This document shows, one piece after another, positions 1 through 9,813 of a stretch of 31,010 nucleotides of DNA. The notes under the pieces are model-generated. The model was not told the DNA's origin, did no database searches, and saw nothing but the letters and a program-made list of their open reading frames with translations. This DNA is from a virus (Duplodnaviria; Caudoviricetes): positions 1 to 31,010 of the IMG/VR virus record IMGVR_UViG_3300016476_000040; one strand, given 5' to 3'. How positions within the stretch are numbered: the first letter of the stretch is position 1; every line of letters begins with the position of its first letter. Both the position numbers and the translations under genes were made by a program.

Positions 1-324
1 CACGAACGTCTGACCCATCATATACTGAATGTCTGTCATTGATGTGTCAACGTTTGGATTGGCGACTTCTTCAAGAGTCTTCAACCATTGATATGGCGCG
101 TTATGAAGAATGATCTTTTCTAACTCCGCTCCAGTAGGCGTAGGAATAGGAAGAGTGATAGAAACGTCAGAACGACATCTAATCGGCGATCCATCTTCCT
201 TCCGATGTTCAGGATTATCTGGATAGCTGTTGAGAAATTCTTCACTGATAACATCAGTCCAGTAACGAGCTACAATCAAGTGATCACTTGGTAATACTTC
301 AACGATTTTATAATGAATGTTCAT
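1..324 (-). CDS. Hypothetical phage protein, partial (3' end outside window)
   Basis: Not in the ORF track. ATG at 324 is preceded by TAAGGTAGACC. The frame is open to the window edge: MNIHYKIVEVLPSDHLIVARYWTDVISEEFLNSYPD...QTFV. It follows 333..1205 co-directionally. Confidence 0.8.
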   Translation of the reverse strand, partial: MNIHYKIVEVLPSDHLIVARYWTDVISEEFLNSYPDNPEHRKEDGSPIRCRSDVSITLPIPTPTGAELEKIILHNAPYQWLKTLEEVANPNVDTSMTDIQYMMGQTFV

Positions 325-332
325 GGTCTACC

Positions 333-1205
333 TTAGACTGTATGTGTTTGAGTTGAACCCGTATAATTTAGCGTTGTTGCTAGAGAACCGTTCTTATAGA
401 TTTGAATATAACCAGTTCCGCCGTTTACACCAGAGGACATAGAACTTGTTGAATACGCAGTCACGCCAGTTGGTAGAGAAGACGTTCGAACAAATCCGGA
501 ACCGCCGCCACCGCCGAAACCTTGCGAGTCGTTAGATCCACCGCCACCGCCAGCATATCCACCACCACCGCCGCCACCGCCCCAGTCGCCTGGAGCATAT
601 CCACCAGCACCGCCTGTTCCATATCCCCAACCACCAGCGCCGCCGCTTCCGCCGCTTTGACCGCCGGCACCACCATTACCGCCGCCGCCATTGCCTGTTC
701 CGTTATCACCACCTGCGCTAGAATTTATTCTTCCACCTTGCGATGCGCCACCTGTGCTTCCTGAAGCTCCGAAGCCACCAGTATCTCCACCACTGCCCCC
801 AGCACCTCCGTTAGTTCCACCACCAATGCCACCATATCCTGCGCCGTTAGTGGTTCTAACGGATCCACCGCCACCACCTCCAGCAGCAGCGAGTAGAGTT
901 CCTGCTACTAGGATAGCACTACCGCCTCCACCGCCAGCGCCGTTTGGTTGAGAATTAGTATCGTTTCCACGACCACCAACATAAGCAGTTAGAACTGTTC
1001 CAGAGTTGATTGTTCCCTGCCAGTTAGTATAACCGCCAGAACCGCCTTCTATAGTAGAACCACCACCGTCATTTGCTTGACCACCTTGAGCACCATATAT
1101 GCGCAGTTCAACAGAAACGCCAGAGGGAGTTACACCAGCGCCTTTAGAGCCTGAAGCTCCGGCAGCTCCAGCAGAACCAGTTAATCCGTTGCGAATTGTT
1201 CCCAC
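333..1205 (-). CDS. Glycine-rich virion/fibre-tip protein with an ALK/LTK-type glycine-rich (polyglycine II) domain
   Basis: GTG start with AAGGA RBS. The pattern GAQGG...GGSGGY...LTAYVGGRG...GGGGGSAI...LLAAAGGGGGG...GGGGGGGYAGGGGG...GGGGGSGF is typical of the ALK/LTK-like Gly-rich domain seen in phage tail regions. Confidence 0.7.
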   Translation of the reverse strand: MGTIRNGLTGSAGAAGASGSKGAGVTPSGVSVELRIYGAQGGQANDGGGSTIEGGSGGYTNWQGTINSGTVLTAYVGGRGNDTNSQPNGAGGGGGSAILVAGTLLAAAGGGGGGSVRTTNGAGYGGIGGGTNGGAGGSGGDTGGFGASGSTGGASQGGRINSSAGGDNGTGNGGGGNGGAGGQSGGSGGAGGWGYGTGGAGGYAPGDWGGGGGGGGYAGGGGGSNDSQGFGGGGGSGFVRTSSLPTGVTAYSTSSMSSGVNGGTGYIQIYKNGSLATTLNYTGSTQTHTV

Positions 1206-1215
1206 AATTTATCCT

Positions 1216-2235
1216 TTACACCCAACGAGTGACGTAGTTATTACCGCTGACAGCTTGCCCACCAGTGCCACCTGCGCCAGCTGAACCACCTGCGCCGCCT
1301 GTGCCGCCTTCACCTTGCGTTCCTGTTGAACCAGTGCCGCCTGCTCCACCACCAGAACCGCCAGCGCCTGTTGCTGTAACTCCAGAAGAACCAGCAGATC
1401 CTAAATTTCCACCAGTTCCACCCGTGCCGCTACCGCCAGTTCCACCTCCACCGGCACCACCAGTTGTTGCTCCACCTCCAGATCCAGCAGAAGCGCCAGC
1501 ACCACCAGCAGCACCTCCAGCACCGCCTGTAGATCCAGCGCCACCGCCACCACCGCCACCAGGCAGATTTCCTATACCTTTACCAGCAGCGAAGTAACCG
1601 CCGCCGCCACCACCGCCTCCGCCGCCAGTTCCTCCTGAACCGCCGGAACCACCAGTTCCACCAGTGCCGCCTGTTCCGCCATCTCCGCCTGCACCGCCTG
1701 TTCCACCTTGAATTGTTCCTGTGGTGTTATCAATGACTGTAATAAGACCAGTCACATTTTGAACAGCAATACCTACACCACCAGTTCCGCCTGTTCCGCC
1801 AGTACCACCTGTTCCGCCAACACCTCCTGTGCCGCCAGTTCCACCTGTGCCGCCAGCTGAACCACCAGAACCATTGTTACCACCACCAGCAGCACCGCCG
1901 TTTCCGCCTGCTCCACCTGCTCCAGAAACGCCTGTAGTTCCTGTTGAACCAGTCGATCCTGTAGAACCAGTTGCTCCAGTAGAACCTTTAGCGCCAGTGC
2001 GACCTGTGATCGTATTTGCGTTTTTGATATAAACGAATGTGCCAGGAGTCCAACCAGAACCAATATCAAACGCAGCAGTGTTAGCTTTGTCTGATGTTAC
2101 TGAAGCTGTAATGAAGGTAAGAAGATTCAGTGGATATGAAGGACTTCCCGCAGACGTGCGAAGATTATAGCCAGTTGTTACTGCGCTAGTGATTCTAATA
2201 ACTCGAGTTGGTCTAGCTAAAAATCCTAGAAACAT
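1216..2235 (-). CDS. gp38-like glycine-rich receptor-binding adhesin with extended GXY/GGX repeats
   Basis: The layout 'YIKNANTITGRTGAKG...GGVGIAVQN...IDNTTGTIQGG...GGGGGGG...GGQAVSGN..VTRW' parallels T2/T6/S16 gp38 adhesins. It lies directly downstream of a tail fibre gene and has an AAGGA RBS. Confidence 0.6.
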   Translation of the reverse strand: MFLGFLARPTRVIRITSAVTTGYNLRTSAGSPSYPLNLLTFITASVTSDKANTAAFDIGSGWTPGTFVYIKNANTITGRTGAKGSTGATGSTGSTGSTGTTGVSGAGGAGGNGGAAGGGNNGSGGSAGGTGGTGGTGGVGGTGGTGGTGGTGGVGIAVQNVTGLITVIDNTTGTIQGGTGGAGGDGGTGGTGGTGGSGGSGGTGGGGGGGGGGYFAAGKGIGNLPGGGGGGGAGSTGGAGGAAGGAGASAGSGGGATTGGAGGGGTGGSGTGGTGGNLGSAGSSGVTATGAGGSGGGAGGTGSTGTQGEGGTGGAGGSAGAGGTGGQAVSGNNYVTRWV

Positions 2236-2242
2236 TTTATCC

Positions 2243-3292
2243 TTATCTCATGTCTGGGAGATATGATCCATACATCTTAGTGCCATCAGAAAAGAATGTA
2301 ATGATATCTATTGCACCAGCTGCTGTTGAGAGAACTGGAGCTGTCTGAGCAGTCCACTTATAGTTTCCGTTCCACGAAACTGTTCTGTTACCAGTTCCGT
2401 CTTGTACGATTCGAAGGATATATGTACCAACTTTTTGATTAGTCGCAGCTGCGATAGTTCTTGTTGCAGCGTTTGCGCCTAGAGTAAGAGTGGCTACACG
2501 ACCAAGCGCGACGTCCCAGCTGATTGTTGTGCCGTCTGTAAGAGTTTGTGAAAGGGCGTTTGATTTGTCGACTGTTGTTCCATTGAGGGTCGTATTACCA
2601 CCAACGAACAGATTAGTCGAAACTGTTGCACGACCATTAACGCCAAACCAACCAGTTGCGTTAGCAGTTTTACCTGCTCCGCCAAGAACTGTATTACCAG
2701 AAACAGTCAGTGATGAAGTAACAGTCGCTTTGTTAGTTGTTGTGTTACCAGATACAATCAGATTACCAGTTTGATTCCAAACACCAGTAGCAGACTGAGT
2801 TTTACCGGCGCCACCAAGAGTTGTGTTTCCTGATACAGTAAACGATGAAGTGATTGTAGCTTTGTTGAATGTAGCGTTAGCAGCAGATCCAGTTACAGAC
2901 GAAGTTACAACGAGCTTATTTGTAGAAGTATTACCACCAACAGAAAGATTAGTTCCAACCGAAGCGCGACCCGTAATCGTAAGAAGGTCGGTAGTTGCGT
3001 CACCGAGATTGATACCGCCATTTACATTTAGAATACCACTGATCGTTGTATTACCAGCAACATTTAGATTGCCGTTAGCTGATAGTAGACCGTTAATGAT
3101 AGTTCTATTTGAACCAGTAGTTCCGAGTCTTGTAGAACCAATAGATACGAAACGAACGTTGGCAGTCAGGGTGTTCGCATACAGCTTTGATTCATCAATC
3201 GCAAACTGATTGAGGCGAGTAACAACCTGATTCGTGCGATTTCGCCACGTATCAAACGTATTTGTAAGGGCGACGTTAGCAAGTGCTGCCAT
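2243..3292 (-). CDS. Tail fibre protein
   Basis: N-terminal 'TNTFDTWRNRTNQ' is typical of T4-like fibre attachment segments. It has beta-rich (V/T)SGNTT repeats and a C-terminal 'TLTDGTTISWD...ILRIVQDGTGNRTVSW...APVLSTAAGAIDIITF' fibre-tip domain. Confidence 0.75.
   Translation of the reverse strand: MAALANVALTNTFDTWRNRTNQVVTRLNQFAIDESKLYANTLTANVRFVSIGSTRLGTTGSNRTIINGLLSANGNLNVAGNTTISGILNVNGGINLGDATTDLLTITGRASVGTNLSVGGNTSTNKLVVTSSVTGSAANATFNKATITSSFTVSGNTTLGGAGKTQSATGVWNQTGNLIVSGNTTTNKATVTSSLTVSGNTVLGGAGKTANATGWFGVNGRATVSTNLFVGGNTTLNGTTVDKSNALSQTLTDGTTISWDVALGRVATLTLGANAATRTIAAATNQKVGTYILRIVQDGTGNRTVSWNGNYKWTAQTAPVLSTAAGAIDIITFFSDGTKMYGSYLPDMR
2575..3085 (-). repeat. Internal peptide repeats in the tail fibre shaft
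   Basis: NKATITSSFTVSGNTTLGGAGKT vs NKATVTSSLTVSGNTVLGGAGKT, and GRASVGTNLSVGGNT vs GRATVSTNLFVGGNT. Boundaries are approximate. Confidence 0.8.
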
Positions 3293-3295
3293 TGC

Positions 3296-3508
3296 TTATC
3301 CTATCTTTTCTAAAATGCGCTGCATGAGCGTCTTGAGATCGTTGATATCCTGCTTCATAGTATTTATATCGTCAGCAGCGGACTCCATTTGATGCTGCTT
3401 TTCACGTCTTTTTTTATATGCTGCCAAGCCATCCACATCAGAATTTAGGACAGCCTGGCTTCGTGTATCCCTAACAAGATTAGGGTTATCTTTTACTTTT
3501 ACATACAT
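3296..3508 (-). CDS. Small conserved T4-like hypothetical protein with C-terminal coiled coil
   Basis: 'KVKDNPNLVRD..S.AVLN.D...AYK' plus heptad-like INTMKQDINDLKTLMQRIL. This gene type commonly follows VrlC-like genes in T4-like myoviruses. Confidence 0.75.
   Translation of the reverse strand: MYVKVKDNPNLVRDTRSQAVLNSDVDGLAAYKKRREKQHQMESAADDINTMKQDINDLKTLMQRILEKIG
3361..3368 (-). promoter_or_regulatory. T4-type late promoter TATAAATA
   Basis: Exact TATAAATA on the minus strand, about 70 nt upstream of the tail fibre ATG (3292). Confidence 0.75.
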
Positions 3509-3510
3509 TC

Positions 3511-6500
3511 TTATCTCTGCAGAGCAATTACTCGAAGATCCTTTAGACGAGGCGGATTTACAGTTTCAGAATTGGTCATAACAATCTTAACTGCAAATTG
3601 CTTAAATCCTACAAAGCGAGCCTTCGCACTATTGCGATATTCGACAATATTGGAGTTTGTAGTATTAGCGCCGAACGCATATGGCAGTGATGTAGTTGCT
3701 GCGAACGCTGGTACGCCATACTGAAGTTCAATAAAGTCTTCCGGATTTTCGCTGCTTGAATAGAACGAGCTATCCGAGCTTAGAGCCATTGGAACCCAAC
3801 GAGCTTGAGCGAATGTATCGCTATCTTCCGCATGAAGGATCTTGTAGTAAACATGAACCTGTGCGGTAGATGGCTTATATGCTGTTACATATACAACTAG
3901 GTCTTCTGCATCTTGACCATCAGCAAGTGTGACACGACGGCTAATGTAACGTGTTTGAGCATCACCGCCGCTGGTCACATAATCTTCAGAATCACCGATA
4001 GCAGAGTTTGAGTTAATCAAGTTATGAACTGCAACAATGGAAGCACGACCAGTATCAATAACTGGAGATGCTACAATATTGTTTGACGTCAGCGTAAAGC
4101 GAATCTGAGCTGAACGTGTCGAGTTCATTGTTGCTGAAGTTGCTGATGTATTGCCTTCATTGCTTCGGCTGATAATCAGACGAGCTGCCTTAAAGTCTGT
4201 ATTATCGTTTAGATTTACACCGAAGTACGAAGAGTCAATAGCATTTGTAGCCGTAGCAAACTTAGCTGTCGATAGAACAGTTGTATTTGATGGTGTAATA
4301 ATATCAGCATTTAGATTGATAAGATCAACTTGTTTGTTTTCAATCGCTACGATACGAGCACTATATCCGTCAGTTTGACCTCTAATGTAAGTATTAGGCG
4401 CAAACAGTCTGCTTGAAGTGCAAGCTGAACCAGAATTGATATAGGCTACGTTAGCTACAAGCATTTTGGTATTTGCATAGTTTACTACATCGTACACATA
4501 CATCTTACCAACTGGTGTCGTTGCTGATGTAATACCACCAGATGAGTTACCGACAATGATACCAGCTGTAGGATTTGTATTGCGAATACGAACTGCTTCG
4601 CCGCCACGGAATTTCGCTGTAGTTGATACATTGCGAACAGTAATAACGCTAGAGCTAAATCCAGAAATTGTTCCTGTTGCTCCAGACGTCATACCTTGAA
4701 CATATGTTACACCAGTATTGACTGCTTTAGTATTAGCGAAAGTTCCAACAAGACGAGTTTCACCATGAATGGTTTCGCCTGTCTTGCTAAATGTTCCTGT
4801 TGTATTTGCTACTACAAAGTAATCAACGTCAGCGTTCTTCATAACAACTGTACCAGCTGCGCTTGTGTCGAACTTTGCGTAATATGCAGTGAACTTGAGA
4901 TCTTCACGTTCGTTAGGAACCCAAGTGCGTTCATTTGCTGATGTAAACAGGATACCAGCAGTTGGTTGCGAGCTGACTGCTGCTTTAGTGATCAGATCAA
5001 TGTCACCAAGCTCTGAAGTAAATACAGAGTAGTTAGGTGATCCACCACTTGGTTTCAACACGATCGCATATTCAGAACCATTTACCAAATGAACTGGTGA
5101 CGGGAAGATAACCTGTGTAGGCTTAGATCCGTTTGTCGATGTATTGATCTGGCTTGGAGACAGCTCAACACGTGAGAACGGAACAACGCGATTTGTAATC
5201 GCAGAAGTTACAGGATCTACTTCACGAATTTCAACAATCAACGGCTGGACGCTATCCTTTGTAGCCACAAAGATATCCAGTTTCGATAGGAACATCGAAG
5301 ATGTAGAGATCTTAGCAGCATAAGCGCCATTTACTAAGAACGTTTGAGCGATCGGATCCCAGAAAGCAGAATCTTGCTGCGTGAAACGTGTAGCTTCATT
5401 GAATCTTCTTGCGCCAGAAACTGTTACTTCTCTTGTTCCTGTAATAGATTGCTGTTCCAGAATAGGCGCACGAGTTGAAATAATAGAAGTTCCTACACCA
5501 ACGTTCAATCCCTGAGAAGTATAGCTAGTTTCAGCTGATGTTGTTACAGCACCTAAAGTTCTAGAATTTGTAGGATTGTCCGTAATACGGAAGATTTTAG
5601 TTCCTGCTGTAAACGAAAGAGCATCAGTCGATGGAATTCTATAGATACCATAAACTACACCATTCGCATTAGAACGAAGTGTAGAACCTTCACTTCCAGT
5701 GTTAGCATAAAGTGAATTCGTAGGCGTAATGAAGCTAGATACGTTTACGTCATCGAAGAACGAATAGAACGTTGCGCTTGGCTTTACGCCAGTTGCACGG
5801 AATCTAACTTCACGCGAACGCATTTTCGGTTGGATATTTACGTCACGAACGTAATCACCGATTGACTGCTGACGAGCATCGCCAAGAACGAGTGATGTTT
5901 GAATACCCGTGCGTGACTGTGTATCAATACGATTGAATGCTTGCTCAAACGTGCTTACGGTTTCGAAAGTATTCCATCCGCCGTCACTAGCAACTAGGTT
6001 AGTTTCCTGACCAACTAGTCTTGTCTGACCAAATGTAGGAACACCGATATTTGTTGTCTGCCAATTTTGCCACTCAGTTTGGTTCACGAATGGAGCCACA
6101 GCAGCTACGAGGTTGTCAAACAGATTTTCGAAGTTCACGTTTACGTCTGGGCGACGAGTTTGATCTGTCCAGAAATCGTTATCTGGATCGAGCGTTAGAT
6201 TACCAATCCAGCTGTAAGCAGAACCCGCAAGGTTACGAGTCGTCGTAGCATATGGTTGACGAACAAGAACTTCGTGAGTATAAGGCAGCGTAATAAGTGC
6301 GCCTGGAGATACTGTTTGAACAGAAGAGATAGTTGCTGTGAGCGTTCCGTCTGTTACAGTGCCACCTGCAGAGAAAGTTGTTGTTGCATTTTCAATATAA
6401 AGTCTATTATCAACTTTGTATGTAAGTTTAGCTTGACCAGAGTTGAGCGTAGCTCCGTTTGCAAAACCAAGCTGAGAGTTACTGATGAACAAGATTTGAT

Positions 6501-9500
6501 CTTTAGAAACGCCAGCTGTTGTTACGTTTGTACGAACAACACCTGAAGAGTTTGCAGCTTTATAGAACAAATCAACGCTATCAGATGAGAAACGAGGGCG
6601 GAGTTCGTTTTTGAGACGATCTACAGAGATGCTGTAATCGTAATCATAAACGTTACCGATGTTATGACCCTTGAATCCGTCTACAAGAATACCGTTTTTG
6701 AAACGATCATTACCAGCTGCGTCTCTGATAATAAGATCAGCAGAATGTTTTTCAAGTAATGAAAGTGATGTATAGTATTCCAGTTTTTCTACACGATCAC
6801 GAATAACGCCGATATCCTTCATCGTGAAACGATCGTTCTTGATCGGGCTATACTTTACAGCATAGTCATAACGATTATCTGCGCGAGCCGTTTGAGTTGC
6901 CAGTGATGGATATGGAGGAATGTAGATAGACGCAAGATTCATATACTCTGCGCCGCTGCCAGGAGTTCTCGGAGATGTATCAGCAATACCTCTGATAGAA
7001 CGAATCGTTCCTTCTTTATCCATTACGATAAGATCGCGGCGCGGCAGATAGTATTCAAGATCCGTTGTGAAATCTTCGCCTGGAGGAGAGAAATGCAATC
7101 CACCTGACATAGAAGTCACGAACGAGTTTGAAATTAGAGGATTTGTTGATACGTTCGTAATAGTTCCACTATGCGATATATTGTTAGCTGTATCTGTAAT
7201 ACGCGGACGGAAGTCGATGCAATCACGCAGATCATACGAAGTTCCAGTTGTTGGTGAAACATAAACTGGAATTTGAGAAGTTGCAATGTTTGCGCCAAGA
7301 GCAGCGGAGTCGTTTACAGGATACGAACCAACTGTAAACAGGTTGACTGATCCTGGATATGAGTGTGTGAAATAGTCAAACGTTACAAGCATACGATCAC
7401 CAGAAGCGATCGAAAGGGCGCTTGTCGGTTTCTTTACAAGACGAACGTGATCATAGAAGTTATCACGCTGACCGTTATCAAGATAGAAGTGTGATGTTAC
7501 GTCTGTACCTTGGCTATTGGCTGTAAAGTTTGCTCCTGTTAGTTTACGAACTCTAACAAGACGGAAACCGTCAGATACGCCTAAAGGCCATGGACCAGTC
7601 ACGTTTGCGGTATATGAAGTTCCACCACCAGCACCTACGCGGATCTGAACAACGCGATTGCGCTGAATAGCCTTTGAAGCCACAGTAGCGTCACTTTTGT
7701 TTTGCTGTGCGATAATTGTAACTGGAAGAGATTGACGAAGCGCTTCCTTGAGATCGAAGTCCACAACAGTTGAAGAAGCGAGCGTGATTGTACGCGATCC
7801 CTTCTTACCATATCCACCCATATCAAGAACTTGACCTGGCTTAAATTTCTTAAAGATGCTAGTTCCAGCGCCAACTGTAGCACCTGCGCCAAGAACTTTC
7901 ATCGTTGTAGCATTTGTAATTTCGCTAACAATATGATCGCCGTTACTCACGTTAACGATATCACCAACGTTGAACTGAGTATCAAACGCCGTAGAAGATC
8001 CAGTAATAGTATTACCAGACATTGAAATAGTGCCGTTAGCTGGCGCTGTATTAGCAGCACTACGAACAGTTACATAAAACTTAGCACGAGCTGTATCGTC
8101 GGATAGAGCAACGCCTACTGTGCCATCAAATGTTTCTGATGCGTCAACAGAAGTAATCTGTGCTGTAGCGCCTGTTGTGAATGCTGATGCGCTGTAAACA
8201 CGGAAAATAGCATAATCGTTATCGACAGTTCCGCTAGAATCTGTTAAACGTTTTGTTGCTCTAGATGGTAAGCGGAATAGAGCCACATCAAAGCTGGCAT
8301 CAGAAGTATTGGCATTTTTACCATTAGCAAGAATTACGTCTGCTTTACCATCAGCAGATGCGCTATTGTAACAGATAGACTGAACGTTAGCGAAACTTTT
8401 ATTCGCTGTTGTCATTCGAATATCTGTTAGATATACTTTATACTGTGCAGAAGCTGCACCAGGAATACCTGTATAATGTTCTACTGCACGAACGCGAGCA
8501 GTACCAATTTCTGCTCCTGGGAATGAAGTAGAAGAATAGTTATTGTTTGAAACTGCGTTAGCCTGAGTAGTACGCAGCGAAACCTTAGCTTGCCCCTCAA
8601 GATCCCATTCACCAACTACGTTGTCAACAATAACATAATTACCATAATCAACAAATGTTTTGGCATTATCAGTTGAACGAACATCTAGACCTTTGTCAAT
8701 ATCTACACGAGTAGATACTAGCTTTTCAATGTCGTATCCTTTAACATATGCTTTACCTGGCGAAAACTCCACAACAAGTTTGTTTGTGCTTCCGCCTTCA
8801 CCAGCTGTGTAAACGCCGTAGTTGTTTCCGCTCTTGAGATGCTCACGGACGTTTCCAAGGAATCCGCTTACAACATAGTCGCCGGATTCGTCTGCTGTAC
8901 GTTGAGCAAGATAGTCGCGAATAGCAGCATACTGTGTTTTAGTTGATGAAGCAGCAATAATTTCGCCGCGCTGAACACGAAGAAGCTCGACAAATGTATT
9001 AGAAGTATCGCCAGCAAGCGCACGAGTCGATAGAACTGGAGTCAGCTTGAGACGTGCTGCGCCTGGAGCAGCATAGTTGTAAGATCCGCTGGCTGGATCA
9101 AGAAGTGTACTATCGGTTGTTTCTGTAATGATTTCTTCTGTGATTGTATAACCAATCTTAGCAGAAGGTGTTGTGCTATACTTAGAAACAACAACAGTCT
9201 GCTCTGGAACACGAATAAAGTGATCGCGAGCATATACAATACCAGAGTTGATGGTTACTGCATAACCAGCACCTGTTGCGCTAGAAACGATTGTATTAGC
9301 TGAAAGACCAGTTGCAGATGCGCCAACGCCATTAATGATTTCGTTGTTTGCGAAATAACGATAACCAGTTGATGTATTTGCAGAAATGTACTTTACGAAA
9401 AATGTCTTATGATTTGGTGTATTAGCTTCAGAACCATCATTAGTTTTTACAACAGTGGCTAAAACGCCTGAAGTTACACCTTTGATAGTTTTGTTCAAGA

Positions 9501-9801
9501 ATGAAGATACATCAATACTAGTTCCAGTTGAATTGTTGTCACGAAGCTTTACATACTGATAGTTTGGCTCAGTATTAACCTCACAGCCGCGAACAATAGA
9601 ACCTTCTTTGAAGATGTGTTCGGCAAAACGATCAATTTGATTTTGGAGGATCGTCTGCATCTGCGTAAGTTCGCGCGCCTGAACTGCAAGCCCAGGACGG
9701 AACAAGATTCTATGAAAGTTCTTCGTCTCACTGAAATCATCGTAATATGGTGTTACGTTGAGATTCGTTGAGAGCGTAGAAGTATTTGCTTCTGCAGCCA
9801 T
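3511..9801 (-). CDS. Large VrlC-like (DUF4815-type) virion structural protein
   Basis: Hallmarks: TNLNVTPYYDDF, ILFRPGLAVQARELTQMQTILQNQI, RTADESGDY, RFTMKDIG, RFKNGILVDGF, DPIAQTF and C-terminal PRLKDLRVIAL. Start moved from TTG 9813 to ATG 9801, which has GGAAGG upstream. Confidence 0.85.
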   Translation of the reverse strand: MAAEANTSTLSTNLNVTPYYDDFSETKNFHRILFRPGLAVQARELTQMQTILQNQIDRFAEHIFKEGSIVRGCEVNTEPNYQYVKLRDNNSTGTSIDVSSFLNKTIKGVTSGVLATVVKTNDGSEANTPNHKTFFVKYISANTSTGYRYFANNEIINGVGASATGLSANTIVSSATGAGYAVTINSGIVYARDHFIRVPEQTVVVSKYSTTPSAKIGYTITEEIITETTDSTLLDPASGSYNYAAPGAARLKLTPVLSTRALAGDTSNTFVELLRVQRGEIIAASSTKTQYAAIRDYLAQRTADESGDYVVSGFLGNVREHLKSGNNYGVYTAGEGGSTNKLVVEFSPGKAYVKGYDIEKLVSTRVDIDKGLDVRSTDNAKTFVDYGNYVIVDNVVGEWDLEGQAKVSLRTTQANAVSNNNYSSTSFPGAEIGTARVRAVEHYTGIPGAASAQYKVYLTDIRMTTANKSFANVQSICYNSASADGKADVILANGKNANTSDASFDVALFRLPSRATKRLTDSSGTVDNDYAIFRVYSASAFTTGATAQITSVDASETFDGTVGVALSDDTARAKFYVTVRSAANTAPANGTISMSGNTITGSSTAFDTQFNVGDIVNVSNGDHIVSEITNATTMKVLGAGATVGAGTSIFKKFKPGQVLDMGGYGKKGSRTITLASSTVVDFDLKEALRQSLPVTIIAQQNKSDATVASKAIQRNRVVQIRVGAGGGTSYTANVTGPWPLGVSDGFRLVRVRKLTGANFTANSQGTDVTSHFYLDNGQRDNFYDHVRLVKKPTSALSIASGDRMLVTFDYFTHSYPGSVNLFTVGSYPVNDSAALGANIATSQIPVYVSPTTGTSYDLRDCIDFRPRITDTANNISHSGTITNVSTNPLISNSFVTSMSGGLHFSPPGEDFTTDLEYYLPRRDLIVMDKEGTIRSIRGIADTSPRTPGSGAEYMNLASIYIPPYPSLATQTARADNRYDYAVKYSPIKNDRFTMKDIGVIRDRVEKLEYYTSLSLLEKHSADLIIRDAAGNDRFKNGILVDGFKGHNIGNVYDYDYSISVDRLKNELRPRFSSDSVDLFYKAANSSGVVRTNVTTAGVSKDQILFISNSQLGFANGATLNSGQAKLTYKVDNRLYIENATTTFSAGGTVTDGTLTATISSVQTVSPGALITLPYTHEVLVRQPYATTTRNLAGSAYSWIGNLTLDPDNDFWTDQTRRPDVNVNFENLFDNLVAAVAPFVNQTEWQNWQTTNIGVPTFGQTRLVGQETNLVASDGGWNTFETVSTFEQAFNRIDTQSRTGIQTSLVLGDARQQSIGDYVRDVNIQPKMRSREVRFRATGVKPSATFYSFFDDVNVSSFITPTNSLYANTGSEGSTLRSNANGVVYGIYRIPSTDALSFTAGTKIFRITDNPTNSRTLGAVTTSAETSYTSQGLNVGVGTSIISTRAPILEQQSITGTREVTVSGARRFNEATRFTQQDSAFWDPIAQTFLVNGAYAAKISTSSMFLSKLDIFVATKDSVQPLIVEIREVDPVTSAITNRVVPFSRVELSPSQINTSTNGSKPTQVIFPSPVHLVNGSEYAIVLKPSGGSPNYSVFTSELGDIDLITKAAVSSQPTAGILFTSANERTWVPNEREDLKFTAYYAKFDTSAAGTVVMKNADVDYFVVANTTGTFSKTGETIHGETRLVGTFANTKAVNTGVTYVQGMTSGATGTISGFSSSVITVRNVSTTAKFRGGEAVRIRNTNPTAGIIVGNSSGGITSATTPVGKMYVYDVVNYANTKMLVANVAYINSGSACTSSRLFAPNTYIRGQTDGYSARIVAIENKQVDLINLNADIITPSNTTVLSTAKFATATNAIDSSYFGVNLNDNTDFKAARLIISRSNEGNTSATSATMNSTRSAQIRFTLTSNNIVASPVIDTGRASIVAVHNLINSNSAIGDSEDYVTSGGDAQTRYISRRVTLADGQDAEDLVVYVTAYKPSTAQVHVYYKILHAEDSDTFAQARWVPMALSSDSSFYSSSENPEDFIELQYGVPAFAATTSLPYAFGANTTNSNIVEYRNSAKARFVGFKQFAVKIVMTNSETVNPPRLKDLRVIALQR

Positions 9802-9813
9802 GTTACCTTCCAA

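Noticed and set aside
461-2069. Pro-rich + strand ORFs and alternate-frame ORFs (e.g. 691..951, 1265..1597, 1829..2032)
   Set aside because: These are shadows of Gly codon (GGN) repeats in the real minus-strand genes, and they lack RBS or promoter support.
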